Of a stretch of 49,113 bases of DNA, positions 25,395 to 38,012 are shown in pieces (positions within the stretch are counted from its first letter, which is position 1; each line of letters opens with the position of its first letter). A model generated the notes under the pieces. The model had not been told where the DNA came from, made no database searches, and saw nothing but the letters and a program-made list of their open reading frames with translations. This DNA is from Octopus bimaculoides. Its lineage: Eukaryota. Position numbers and translations under genes: made by a program. The stretch lies in the NCBI RefSeq assembly GCF_001194135.2, contig NC_068991.1, forward strand, positions 72,397,212-72,446,324. The letters run 5' to 3'.

Positions 25395-26335
25395 NNNNNN
25401 NNNNNNNNNNNNNNNNNNNNNNNNNNNNNNNNNNNNNNNNNNNNNNNNNNNNNNNNNNNNNNNNNNNNNNNNNNNNNNNNNNNNNNNNNNNNNNNNNNNN
25501 NNNNNNNNNNNNNNNNNNNNNNNNNNNNNNNNNNNNNNNNNNNNNNNNNNNNNNNNNNNNNNNNNNNNNNNNNNNNNNNNNNNNNNNNNNNNNNNNNNNN
25601 NNNNNNNNNNNNNNNNNNNNNNNNNNNNNNNNNNNNNNNNNNNNNNNNNNNNNNNNNNNNNNNNNNNNNNNNNNNNNNNNNNNNNNNNNNNNNNNNNNNN
25701 NNNNNNNNNNNNNNNNNNNNNNNNNNNNNNNNNNNNNNNNNNNNNNNNNNNNNNNNNNNNNNNNNNNNNNNNNNNNNNNNNNNNNNNNNNNNNNNNNNNN
25801 NNNNNNNNNNNNNNNNNNNNNNNNNNNNNNNNNNNNNNNNNNNNNNNNNNNNNNNNNNNNNNNNNNNNNNNNNNNNNNNNNNNNNNNNNNNNNNNNNNNN
25901 NNNNNNNNNNNNNNNNNNNNNNNNNNNNNNNNNNNNNNNNNNNNNNNNNNNNNNNNNNNNNNNNNNNNNNNNNNNNNNNNNNNNNNNNNNNNNNNNNNNN
26001 NNNNNNNNNNNNNNNNNNNNNNNNNNNNNNNNNNNNNNNNNNNNNNNNNNNNNNNNNNNNNNNNNNNNNNNNNNNNNNNNNNNNNNNNNNNNNNNNNNNN
26101 NNNNNNNNNNNNNNNNNNNNNNNNNNNNNNNNNNNNNNNNNNNNNNNNNNNNNNNNNNNNNNNNNNNNNNNNNNNNNNNNNNNNNNNNNNNNNNNNNNNN
26201 NNNNNNNNNNNNNNNNNNNNNNNNNNNNNNNNNNNNNNNNNNNNNNNNNNNNNNNNNNNNNNNNNNNNNNNNNNNNNNNNNNNNNNNNNNNNNNNNNNNN
26301 NNNNNNNNNNNNNNNNNNNNNNNNNNNNNNNNNNN

Positions 26336-26692
26336 CATGGTTCCGAGTTCAGTCCCACTGCGTGGCACCTTGGGCAAGTGTCTTCTACTATAGCCTCGGG
26401 CCGACCAAAGCCTTGTGAATGGATTTGGTAGACGGAAACTGAAAGAAGCCTGTCGTATATATGTATATATATGTGTATGTGTGCGTATATGTTTGTGTGT
26501 CTGTGTTTGTCCCCCCAACATCGCTTGACAACCGATGCTGGTGTGTTTACGTCCTCGTAAATTAGCGGTTCGGCAAAAGAGACCGATAAAATAAGTACTA
26601 GGCTTACAAAGAATAAGTCCTGGGGTCGATTTGCTTGACTAAAGGTGGTGTTCCAGCATGGCCACAGTCAAATGACTGAAACAAGTAAAGAG
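26336..26692 (+). mobile_element. SINE family A (5' end in gap)
   Basis: Close match to the 20745 copy. Confidence 0.9.
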
Positions 26693-27751
26693 TATAGGTG
26701 AGGAAACAAAAACTGAATTGAAGTTAGCAGGTTTGGCTTTTTTTAACCAACCTCTTCTCTTCTGAGGATCAAATGCTCCAGCTGGCACATTACCATTCAA
26801 TTCTAACATCCAATTGTGGTTGGTATTAATAGTATTAAATAAAAGTTATAGTGATCAATATAGTTCCTGATGTATAAAATGGGTGGACTGTCATAAGTGG
26901 AACCCCTGTCATTATAGTTTTATTTGATTATGAGTGATTTGCAATTACACAAGAAGCAAGTTAACTTTCAATTAACAGAGGAAGGCATTCATATGATTGC
27001 TTAACCTGTTAGAAATAGCAGCCAAATTTCCCTCATGCTAACAAGGAAAATTAGCTGTTACAACAACAATGACGAGAAAAACACAGATGGTCTCTTGAGA
27101 GTATTAACAAGAAATTTCAATAGTTGTTTGTCTTTATCTAGCATATCAAATAAGACATCAACCGAAAGTTAATTTGTAGCAAGAGCTCTGTCAGGCAAAT
27201 TCTTTAGATTGGTAAGAATAGTTCTTGGGTTTATCGTAAATCGGCGCTCTGTTGAATTGGATGACATTTCTAATTTCATTGCCCATCAAATTGTATATTC
27301 TGATTTTGTCATGAATAATAACTATTTAGATATTATCTAATGTGATTTAATTAGTTTTAAAATATGCCATTTCTATAGAGAATGGCTATTGCTTTTAAAA
27401 CCACATCAAATTGAAACATATATTTATGAGGTTTATGCTTCAACTCGTAATTTACTTGCTAATTTCATGAATGATTCTTAACTATTTCACCAATATTTCA
27501 CAATTTAGAAACATTCCTTTCTTGCATTATAATGCACCTTTAATTTTCTGTTGGGATTCTTTAACCTTTACTGCATAGAAATGGTTGTGGAAGGATCCTG
27601 ACCACCCCCATGTAGCCAAAATTGGACTGACCCATTTCAATAAGATGAAGAGACTGAGCGAACTGCCAGCAATTGCCAGGATTGGTCATTCGTATTGGAT
27701 TACTGTGTTAGTTTAATATCGTACTTACATTTGGCATAGTACGGAGTACGG

Positions 27752-28551
27752 ACAAAGGGACTCTCACTCAGAGTAAAAGGCAGACTGTATGACGCATGCG
27801 TACGAACAGCCATGCTACATGGCAGTGAAACATGGGCTGTAACTGCTGAGGACATACGTAAGCTCGCAAGGAATGAAGCCAGTATGCTCCGTTGGATGTG
27901 TAATGTCAATGTGAATACCCGTCAGAGTGTAAGTATCTTGAGAGAAAAGCTGAACATTAGAAGCATCAGTTGTGGTGTGCAAGAGAGACGATTGCGCTGG
28001 TATGGACATGTGGTGAGAATGGAGGAGGATAGCTGCGTGAAAAAGTGCCACACCCTAACAGTTGAGGGNNNNNNNNNNNNNNNNNNNNNNNNNNNNNNNN
28101 NNNNNNNNNNNNNNNNNNNNNNNNNNNNNNNNNNNNNNNNNNNNNNNNNNNNNNNNNNNNNNNNNNNNNNNNNNNNNNNNNNNNNNNNNNNNNNNNNNNN
28201 NNNNNNNNNNNNNNNNNNNNNNNNNNNNNNNNNNNNNNNNNNNNNNNNNNNNNNNNNNNNNNNNNNNNNNNNNNNNNNNNNNNNNNNNNNNNNNNNNNNN
28301 NNNNNNNNNNNNNNNNNNNNNNNNNNNNNNNACCATTTCGAGCGTGGCCGTTTTCGTGCGGGTGACACGTAAAAGCACCCACTACACTCTCTGAGTGGTT
28401 GGCGTTAGGAAGGGCATCCAGCTGTAGAAACTCTGCCAAATCAGACTGGAGCCTGGTGTTGCCATCCGGTTTCACCAGTCCTCAGTCAAATCGTCCAACC
28501 CATGCTAGCATGGAAAGCGGACGTTAAACGATGATGATGATGATGATGATG
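27752..28551 (+). mobile_element. Young 5'-truncated RTE-clade LINE (ORF end, gap, 3' UTR, (GAT)n)
   Basis: Stop-free TKGLSLRVKGRLYDACVRTAMLHGSETW...RRLRWYGHVVRM...TVEG (27752-28068), gap 28069-28331, family D UTR 28332-28551. Continuity across the gap is inferred. Confidence 0.85.
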
Positions 28552-28571
28552 ATATTAATTCTTCTTTTATT

Positions 28572-28798
28572 TTTTTATTGCCCACAAGGGGCTAAACATA
28601 GAGGGGACAAACAAGGACATACAAAGGGATTAAGTTTATTACATCGACCTCAGTATGCAACTGGTATTTAATTTATTGACCCCGAAAGGATGAAAGGCAA
28701 AGTCAACCTCACGGAATTTGAACTCAGAACGTAACAGCAGATGAAATACCGCTAAACATTTTGCCCGGCGTGCTAACGTTTCTGCCAGCTCACCGCCT
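28572..28798 (-). mobile_element. SINE family C
   Basis: Reverse complement of the 5298 copy. Confidence 0.85.
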
Positions 28799-29243
28799 TT
28801 ACATATTAATTCTGTGAACCCCTTTGATTTCTGTTTTACTCAAGAGGGCCCTCATAACCATTTGATGCTTAAAGAAATCCCATTATATTTTTGTAATTGA
28901 ATATTAAGGAATTGTATAAAAATTGTTAAAACATTTTGAGTATTGTAGAAGTAGAACCAAATTTAGTGGACATAAATTTTAACAACAAAATTTTATACAA
29001 ATCTCCAAGAGCCATATGGACCTTGCTTGAGAACCATTCATTTAGACATACTCTGTGTGTGGCTACTTAACTAGGAAAAACCAGGGGAGGGGACCAGAGT
29101 TCTGCTTTGAATGCTGGCACCAAATGCATTGAACTTTGCCTAAAGATGCTTATGATTCAGGAGGTGGTGTTAAACCACATGACTTGTTTATATACATACA
29201 CGGACATTACCATCACTATATACCTATATCTCCAGCGCAGCAT

Positions 29244-29487
29244 CCTTGTCATCTCTTGGTGGTCCCTTACCCTCTTCTTGCATGCCCTTGTTATCTCCCT
29301 TGCTTATATCCTGTCAAATCTTTGTCATTTCCTTGCAGTCCTTTACCATCTCCTCACATGCCCATGTCATCTTCTTGTGGTTCCTTGTCATCTCTTTGCG
29401 AATCCTTATCATTTCTTTGTGGTCCTTTCCTGTCTCCTTGCATGCCCTTGTCATTTCCTTCCCTGCTCCTTGTCATCACTTCCATGT
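29244..29487. repeat. Degenerate ~21-bp pyrimidine-rich minisatellite (ccttgtcatctctttgtggtt-like)
   Basis: About 11 units, most exactly 21 nt, starting c[c/t][t/a]t. Confidence 0.75.
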
Positions 29488-29737
29488 GGTTCAGAGTTCT
29501 GAAATCAGTGGACATCTCTCGTCTTTCCAGATCTTCCTTCATCCTCTTCTTCTGTAGTTTCCTTCCACTAGGATTGCTCGACACTACATGGCAAGAAATT
29601 GGTTTATTGGTGGTCATTAGACTGTTGGATAGAATGTCTCACAGTATTTGTTCTGAAACAAGGTACTTTGGGTTCAAATCTCACTGAGCTCAGCTTTACT
29701 TTCTATCATTTTGGGGTTGATATAAAAGTACCAATAA

Positions 29738-29950
29738 GGTGGTGAGCTGGCAGAAACATTAGCACGCCGGGCGAAATGCTTAGTGACATTTCGTCTGTCT
29801 TTACGTTCTGAGTTCAAATTCCGCCGAGGTTGACTTTGCCTTTCATCCTTTCGGGGTCAATAAATTAAGTACCAGTTGTGTACTGGGGTTAATCTAATCG
29901 ACTGCCCCCCTCCCCAAATATTTCAGGCCTTGCGCCTAGAGTAGAAAAGG
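29738..29950 (+). mobile_element. SINE family C
   Basis: Homology to the 5298 and 11705 copies. Confidence 0.85.
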
Positions 29951-30144
29951 ACGTAAAAGTACCAATCTAGGCTAGTGGATTGGCAGAACTATGAGACTGT
30001 CAGACTGAATGCCTTGTGGCATTTATTCTGTCTTTTTGCATCCTGAGTTCAAATCTTGTCACAACTTCCTTGAGAAGTAGACTTAATCTATCACCTGATT
30101 TAATGCTTCTAACTGGCACCTTAGTTAGTTAGTTCTCTCTAAAC

Positions 30145-30477
30145 CATAGGTCCTCAAAGTGGGCGCTACTGCTCCTCAGTGGGCATTGAGATGGTCCAGG
30201 TGGGTGCTGGTGCCTAAGGGAGCAGTGGGGTGTGTGGTAGAGAAAAAGGAGGCGTTGGGAGGAAGGCAGTGGATTGGGGGATGCTATGAATTTATTATAA
30301 TATTATAGCATTGTATACAAATTAGATAATATATTAAATATCAAATGACTCATAGTATATATAAATTAGTAAAATATGAAATATTTATTTATACATGAAA
30401 ATAGGAGTGGGGGCACTGAGAGTATTATGTGGCCATGAGGGGCGGGGGAAGAGGCTCAAAAAGTTTGAGAACCACTG
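30145..30477. mobile_element. hAT (Charlie-like) MITE
   Basis: Ends cataggtcctcaaa / tttgagaaccactg (imperfect TIR); 8-bp TSD ctctaaac / ctttaaac. Confidence 0.75.
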
Positions 30478-30484
30478 CTTTAAA

Positions 30485-30850
30485 CCATGAGGTATATAAG
30501 GCTGTAACATGATCTCTCCAACCAGCTCTGTTTTTTGTCACTGATCTGGTCTCATTTCAGTTCCTCAGTCCTTTTTGTTGCCTTTCCTTGTCAATGGTCC
30601 TTCACCATGTGGTTTTTAGCTGCCCTGCTGCTCTTTTCTCCTCAGACTGTCACTTTAGTGCCACGATACAACCACTTTCCGGATCTTATCTGAGGATGTG
30701 TCCAATCTAGTTCCAGTGTCTGCATCATATTTCATCACTGATCCTCTTGATGCCCCTCATCATCTCAATTGTGTTATTTCAGACTCTTTGCTGCCACTTG
30801 ATGCTAAGTGTTCTACTTAAGCATCGTAAACTGAGAATTCTCCATTGTTT
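30485..30850 (-). mobile_element. Decayed RTE-type LINE C-terminus (different subfamily)
   Basis: Minus strand LRCLSRTLSIKWQQRV...WIGHILR...ALKWQSEEKRAAGQLKTTW*RT...RAGWRDHVTAL. Confidence 0.7.
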
Positions 30851-31439
30851 TTCCTTAGGTGCCCTTAATGGCCCTTGTTCTGTTGCAGACATTTGAGTCT
30901 GGTCTTCAGTTTGAAGAGACCTCCTTCTCTCCCTCACTCTTGCAAATCTCAAAAGCTCTGTGAAGGGTCTCGAGCATTGGAATCTCTCCAAACTGAAAGA
31001 AAAAGGATTAAAAAAAAGCAAAAACAAAACAAAAAGCACCTTTCAAGTGTTTGGGGTTCACGGAGACAATGACGAACGAGCAGGACCTTTAGCATTATGT
31101 TGCGCTTGAGAAGAAGACCCATCAAGCCGAGTAAAATTGCAGTCGTGGCAGATACTGGTGTCACACAAATGGCACCCATGCTGGTGGCACGTAGAAGCAC
31201 CCATTAAACTCTCAAAGTGGTTGGTGTTAGGAAGGGCATCCAATCGTAGATACTGTGCCAAATCAGACTGGAACCTGGTGTTTCATTAATATTGACATTT
31301 TTTTGGCCATCTTGGAAATGTCTGAACGACTTGTACACTCTTTGTCAATAGTAATCTTCTAGCTAGATAGTTGTGTCCTATTATAAGACCCTATTTTTCC
31401 TCTACTCCACTAAATATAATACTAATTATTTAACTGTTG

Positions 31440-31955
31440 AGATGCCAGTGTTGTGTGTCTGGCCCATTTAAAAGTACCCTTGATGCATCAGGTGTTATGA
31501 TATGCTTGAGAAGACCTGTTGAGTCAAGTGAAACCAAAATTGTAGCTGTGGCCAGTGCCCCCTGACTGGCTCCTGTTCCAGTGGCACGTAAAATGCATCA
31601 TCTGAATGTGGTCGATGCCAGTGCCCCCTGAATGGCTCCTGTGCCAGTGGCATGTAAAAAGCATTATCCAAATATGGTCGATGCCAGTGCCCCCTGAATG
31701 GCTCCTGTGCCAGTGGCATGTAAAAAGCACTATCCAAATATGGTCAATGCCATGTCTGCCTGACTGGCTCCCGTGCTGGTGACATGTAAAAAGCACCCAC
31801 TACACTCTCGGAGTAGTTGGCATTAGGAGGGGCATCCAGCTGTAGAAACATTGTCGAATCAGATTGGATCCTGGTGCAGCAGCTGGCTCTCCAGACCTCA
31901 GTCAAACCGTCCAACCCATTCCAGCATGGAAAACAGACGTTAAACAATGATGATG
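31440..31955 (+). mobile_element. Family D element with 66-bp tandem units
   Basis: Unit starts at 31551, 31617, 31683 and 31749; (GAT)n tail. Confidence 0.85.
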
Positions 31956-32634
31956 ATTCAGTGTTGCTTTTGTTATGTCTTGGGAGAGTCATCATGCCAA
32001 TGATAGCCAATAATAATCAAAGTGCTATGTAAAAAGCATTGGTGTTGGTGCCACATAAAAAGCACTGGTAATGGTGCCATGTAAAAAGCTCTGTAAAGTG
32101 GTTGGTGTTAGGAAGGGCATCCAGCTGCAGAAACCAATCCAAAACAGACTATTATGGAACCTGGCCTTGCCAGTTCCTGTCAAGCCATCCAACCCATGCC
32201 AGCATGGAAAATAGACATTAAATGATGATGATCATGATGATGAAGAGGAAGAATAACAACACATGCCCAGGTTCACTTCCATTTCTTTGTTGTTAGTCAA
32301 TTGGTTAAGTATCTAACCAACTAACTGATTGATTGTTTGTTTAATACGCTGATTAAACAATCAATTGGTTGTTTGTTAGTCAAAATTCTTTCATCACCGT
32401 TCATGATGTTTTTCAGTGACTTAGTGACTTCCCCTTGTGCTCCAAGGCCTGCAAGGTCTGCTAAGACCAATTCTCAGACAAACTCAGAGCAGATGTTGCA
32501 GACCTTGGAGTGTGAAGGACAGTCACCTAGTCACTGAAAATGTCATGAACGGTGATTAAAGAACTTTGACTAACAAACATCTTACCAATTGTTTAACCAG
32601 TACATTAAACAAACGATTGGTTAATTAGTTAGTC

Positions 32635-33065
32635 TTTTACTTGTTTCAGTCATTTCACTGTGGCCATGCTGGAGCACCGCCTTTAGTCAAGCAAATCGAC
32701 CCCAGGACTTATTCTTTGTAAATCTAATACTTATTCTATCGATATCTTTTGCCGAACCGCTAAGTTAACGGGGACGTAAACACACCAGCATCGGTTGTCA
32801 AGCGATGTTGGGGGGACAAACACAGACGCACAAACACAGACACACACACNNNNNNNNNNATATATATATATATATATATATATACATACATATATATATA
32901 TATATACGATGGGCTTCTTTCAGTTTCCATCTACCAAATCCACTCACAAGGCTTTGGTCAGCCCGAGGCTATAGTAGAAGACACTTGCCCAAGGTGCCAT
33001 GAAGTGGGACTGAACCCGGAACCATGTGGTTGGTTAGCAAGCTACTTACCGCACAGCCACTCCTA
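32635..33065 (-). mobile_element. SINE family A full length; internal microsatellite contains a 10-N gap
   Basis: Reverse complement of the 20745 copy. Confidence 0.9.
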
Positions 33066-33861
33066 TGCCTATATTTAACCAAATATTTAACCAGTTGATT
33101 CACAATAAAAAAAGTGGAATTGAACCTGTGCATGTTTTGCTATTACTGGCATCACAACTCTCCGAAGACACAACAAAATTTGTTTCAACATATAAATTCA
33201 CATCAAGAATCTTACAAACCAAATACAAAAATTCAATGAAGGTTATCTTTAAACTGTTTTAAAAGAATGTACGACCTGCCATCTTATCTGTAGTATTTGT
33301 GTCACATACAACTTGGAACAAAAGGGCTTAAGTGAAATTCCTTGGTTATAATTACATACATGCTTTTCCGGTGATAAAGAAGCTTAAAATATAGAATGAA
33401 GTAAAAAATTATGCTATTTTGGAGATAAATTGATGAACGAAGAATTGAAGAACTGGAAAAAATAATAAATAAGAATGCAGTTTCATGAGTTTATCAGATA
33501 CGAGACTTAATTTCAAGAATTTGTTATTTCTTGATGTGAATGAACCAGTCAGCATAGGACGTCCCCATGATAAGTTCTGATTGTATTCCACTGATAAACT
33601 CTTGTGGCAGCCTCTGCTCATTTAAATAGATGCTATAATTTGATATCCGTTTATCGTCTCTTTTATCTTTTACTTGTTTTTAGGCATTGAACTGTGGCCA
33701 TGCTGGGTCACTGACTCGAAAGGTTTATTCTGGTGCTTTTAAGTCTGCTACTTATTCTGTTGGTTTCTCTTTTGCTGAACTGCTAAGTTACAGGGATGTA
33801 AACAAACCAACATTAGTTGTCAAGTGGTGTTGGAGACAAACACAAAGGCACACACATACAT

Positions 33862-33903
<42 letters not shown>

Positions 33904-33946
33904 GTCGTCGTCGTCGTCGTCGTCATCGTTTAACGTCTGCTTTCTA

Positions 33947-34025
33947 TGGAGTCAGAGTCGGAGGTGTCAATAGTAGAAAAGTCAGAATCGGAGTCAAAGT
34001 TTTTTGTTTCGACTCCACAACCCTG
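33947..34025. mobile_element. Fragment of a GGAGTC-repeat MITE end (...cgactccacaaccctg)
   Basis: Repeated [g]gagtc units and a terminal inverted gactcc; only one end present. Confidence 0.45.
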
Positions 34026-34062
34026 GTTAAATTTTATACCACCATTAATGTTCTCATGACAT

Positions 34063-34170
34063 TATTACCTGTTGCTTATATATTCTTCCTTTGATATTAC
34101 CTGTTGTTTATATATTCTTCCTTTGATGTCACCTGTTGTTTATATATATGTATTCTTCTTTTACTTTCAG
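34063..34170 (+). repeat. Three 32-bp tandem units forming the 3' splice region of the 34171 exon
   Basis: Unit starts at 34063, 34095 and 34127. Confidence 0.9.
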
Positions 34171-34256
34171 GTTGAAAGAGAAATTGCAATTATGAAGTTG
34201 ATAGAACATCCTCATGTTTTGGGATTGTATGATGTATATGAAAATAAAAAATATTT
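34171..34256 (+). CDS. BRSK1/2: BRSK/SAD kinase exon: [28 protein letters not shown](L)
   Basis: tttcag acceptor, 86 nt, gtaagt donor, phase 0->2. Continues the previous exon in frame (alphaC Glu). Confidence 0.97.
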
Positions 34257-34992
34257 GTAAGTATAGAAATGCCATTGTCTTTTAAACTAAACATTGAATA
34301 GAATATCTCGTCTCTTTTACTCCTTCGCTTCTTTCAGTCATTTGACTGTGGCCATGCTGGGGCACCTAATCGAGCAAGTTATTGACTCCTGTGTTTGTTT
34401 GTTTTTTTTAAAATTTGATACTTATTCTGTCAGTCCCCCTTTTGTCAAACTGCTAAGTTATAAGTGCATAGACAGTTTTTAATGGTAGGGGAGGCAAACT
34501 CAGTGATGCACTCATGCACACGCATATACACATACATTTGGCTTGAAAGTATAGCAAAATACATGAGCCCTAATTGCCATGCAGTGGAGCTGAACTCAAA
34601 ACCACCTGGTTTGGAAGCAAACTTCAGAACCACACAGCCATGTTTTTGTCTATAACACTTCAGTGTTAATGTTGAACACTGTGCAATAATTCTTATATCT
34701 ACACAGAGAAATATAGGTTTATGTTCTGTAACTCTTATGTGTAAATTACATGCAAACATTTGGTAATGTGGATGACAGGATATTTGTTACTTAGAAAGAG
34801 GAATGGCTGTGTGTTAAGAAGTTTGCTTCCCAACCTCATGGTTCTGGGTTCAGTTCTACTGCATGGCACCTTGGACAAAATGTCTTTTGCCATAGCCTTG
34901 AGCCAAAGGAAACTGAAGGAAACCCATTGTGCATGTTTGTGTGTGTGTGTGTGCATGTGCATGCATGCATATGTGCATGTGTGTGTATATTA

Positions 34993-35116
34993 CTAGATTG
35001 AGGGAAAAGGTTGTGCGCCGTGTTAAAATAATGAACTGAATGAACTCACACACACCATAAAAATAAATAAAAAAGCATTATTTTAACATGGCGCACAAAC
35101 TTTTTCCTCAACCTAA
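34993..35116. mobile_element. 124-bp mariner-type MITE, mostly TIR
   Basis: ~41-bp imperfect TIRs (consensus-like ttaggttgaggaaaaagtttgtgcgccatgttaaaataatg) at 34993-35033 and 35076-35116; TA flanks. Confidence 0.85.
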
Positions 35117-38012
35117 TAAAACAAAGACAGGAAAATTTGGTATATTTTCAATTTTATGTTACACGTGTTTCATTACAGTATAAGATGCAAGCATCGAAAA
35201 GTGAACATAAAATTAAGCTGTTTCTAATAGTCTTTTGAGACGGATTGTTAGGAAGTGGCTTAATTTGGTTTATATAGTTGCAGTTGTTTACTTTATGGTA
35301 ATCTACGTCCAATAACAACCACACTGCAACAACGAAGATTAGGGTTTGATGGTCACCGTTGGAGAAGCAAGCATCAGTTTGCTATCAGTTGTTGCTATGG
35401 AGGCCTATGCATAGCTAAAAAAAAAGAGGGGAAGATCTCACTTTACATACATCTGGTACAAGACTCTGGGATAAAGTTTGAAAATGCTGCCATGAATGAC
35501 CATCCTTACTGGTAGTTACTCAGGAATATCTGTGTTCATTCGTTTACACCATTTTGAATATTTTTTGTACGTTCTAACAGTAAACAATGTTAGGATTTTC
35601 AACTTCTGCGACTAAAAATTTCGTTGAACTTTTGGTATGCCATACATAAGTTGCATGAGCTGTTTGTGAGTTTTAGTTCTTCTATTAAAAGCTTAACAAA
35701 TTGTTCTTTGTTGTCAAGATAGAATCTTCGTTTAGCTTTCTTTAGTCACCACCCCGTTATCTAAATGATTAATTAGTCACCGGGTTCCTTTCCTGTTTTA
35801 CCATTACACTAGTAGCGTTTTAGTATGCCGTCATACTTAAGAGTCTCAACAGGACTGTTTTCCTCTTTTGAGATATTTGATTTCTGTTTGGTGTGGGTTT
35901 TCCTATCTGCATTTTATCCTTTAATTAAGATGTTAGCATTAGAAAGAAAATCCCGACTGCAAAACATTCTTCCCTAGAGCTCCATGTGAATATTTCCATA
36001 TAAAAAATTAGCCATTTGCATACACAAACAAAACTGGATACATGGGAAAAAATGGTATTATATCACAAACTATAAACAGAACGTTTGCCTAATCTAGACA
36101 GAATACATATTCTGTTTTTATTATTTTAATTTACTTTTTCATCGTTTTTAATGAAGCAATTTATGGAGAAAGAATATAATTACATCCACAAGATTTATTT
36201 TTAAAACTAAAATATTAGAAATTTGTCTGCCCCTTTAGAATTTTTTTTTTTTTCATTTCGTAAACGTTTTAATATTCTAACATTAGTTTGAATAAGTTCT
36301 TAAATTAGTTCCTGTGTTTTAGGAAAAATTTTATATTTTTTTTTTACAATCTGTAGTGGATTTCTATCTGTCTCCTAATTCACATAAGTGGTGGACAAGA
36401 TGTGCTTTGCCTAAGGCTGTTTGGGCAGCGCGACTGTGTCAAGGTTTAAACTCACAAGTAGCTGAAAAAAAAAAACATAAAGCATCTTGATGTCTACTTC
36501 AAACTACATATGAAAGTAAAGTAAATGACTTATTTAGCTTGAATATGATTAATACCTTTGATTCATCATCATCATCATCATCATCTTCGCTGTCGTCGTT
36601 GTCTTTGTTGTAATTGTCATCGTTGTTGTTGTTGTTGTCTTCACCATCATCATTATCATCACCATCTCCACAGCAGTTGCCACCATTGCCCCCCCCCCCT
36701 CATCGTTTTACATCTGCCTTCTATACTGTCATCTTTACTGTTTAAGTCATCATTATCAGAGTCAGCTTGTATTTGGGGACACTACTCTCGTAGATGGGTC
36801 AGGGTCCTTATCTTGTTCAGGTTTCACTTTTGACTTGAGTTCTACAGCTGGATGCCCTTCTTAACACAAACTACTTGATGTAATAAACTAGAAGCTTTTC
36901 CCTTTTTTTTCCATGGCACCAGCACCAGGGAGGTGTCATGACCTTGAACAAGATTAAAGAATCATAACAACATCACATTTTACTGAGTGTACAGGGTGTT
37001 ATTTTCATGACCCAAGCATTAGAGAAGTAGCCATGTCCTCGACCTTACTACAGGGACCTTACAACCCTTCATCTGCTTACCCATCAGCCTCTGTGTAGAG
37101 GGAGAAGCATAAGGGATTGAAACATGAAAGACTCAAGATATGATTAATAGTGAGAAGAGTGATGAGTGATAGGTGTATCCAATATTTCTGAGAAAGGTAT
37201 ATATATATATATTCAAGGCTGTCATAGACCCAGGATGTGCAACCCAGGAGGTTATTTTTTAATAATTAATGCTTGTTTAATGAACGACTGCATTCAATGC
37301 TTTGTGCTATTTAGCTCCAGGTCACCTTTGATCAAACAAACCTTTGATCAAAAGTGTTCCAGATGTGGCCACCCCAGCTTTTTTGTATATCTGGGGCTAC
37401 ATTGTTTAATGTTTCTTAACTTTAATTTCTTAGACAGGCAATAAAATATGATTTAAGGACGATTTTGGCTTCTATTTCTATCAGATTGAGGTTTCTTGTT
37501 GCTTCAACACTTATTTATGAAGAAATCAGCAAGCAGTTCCAAGACTTTCTAGTCTTGTAGTGCCAAACAATAATCTGAGTATTATGAATGAAATCAGAAG
37601 TAAATAGGGATAGACTTAATCTTGGGTGGAATTGGATCCCAAGCCATGTGGTTGGGAAGCAAACTTCCAAACCATGTGGCTACACTGTATCATAATAGTT
37701 ATATATTTTTAGTCAAGAAATAAGTCAAGAAATGAGACTGGTGGTGGTAGTAGGGAGGGAGGGGGTATCCATAAACTGGAGACCTGGGCTGAATGCCTGA
37801 AACAGAACAGGTTCTACTAAAGGCCACCCAAAGTGTCTTGTGAATTTAAACCTTGACACAGTCACTGTCCAACAATCTTAGGGAAAGCACATCTTGTTCC
37901 CTTTATGTGAATTGGGTGACAAATAGCAATCCACTACAGATCGTAAGAAAATATATAATTTTCCAAAAGCACAGATGGTACTAAGCTGGATGATGGGACA
38001 TGGTACAGTATA

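Noticed and set aside
31495-31796. ORFs with 22-aa repeats (also 17412-17628)
   Set aside because: By-product of the 66-bp tandem unit in the LINE 3' UTR.
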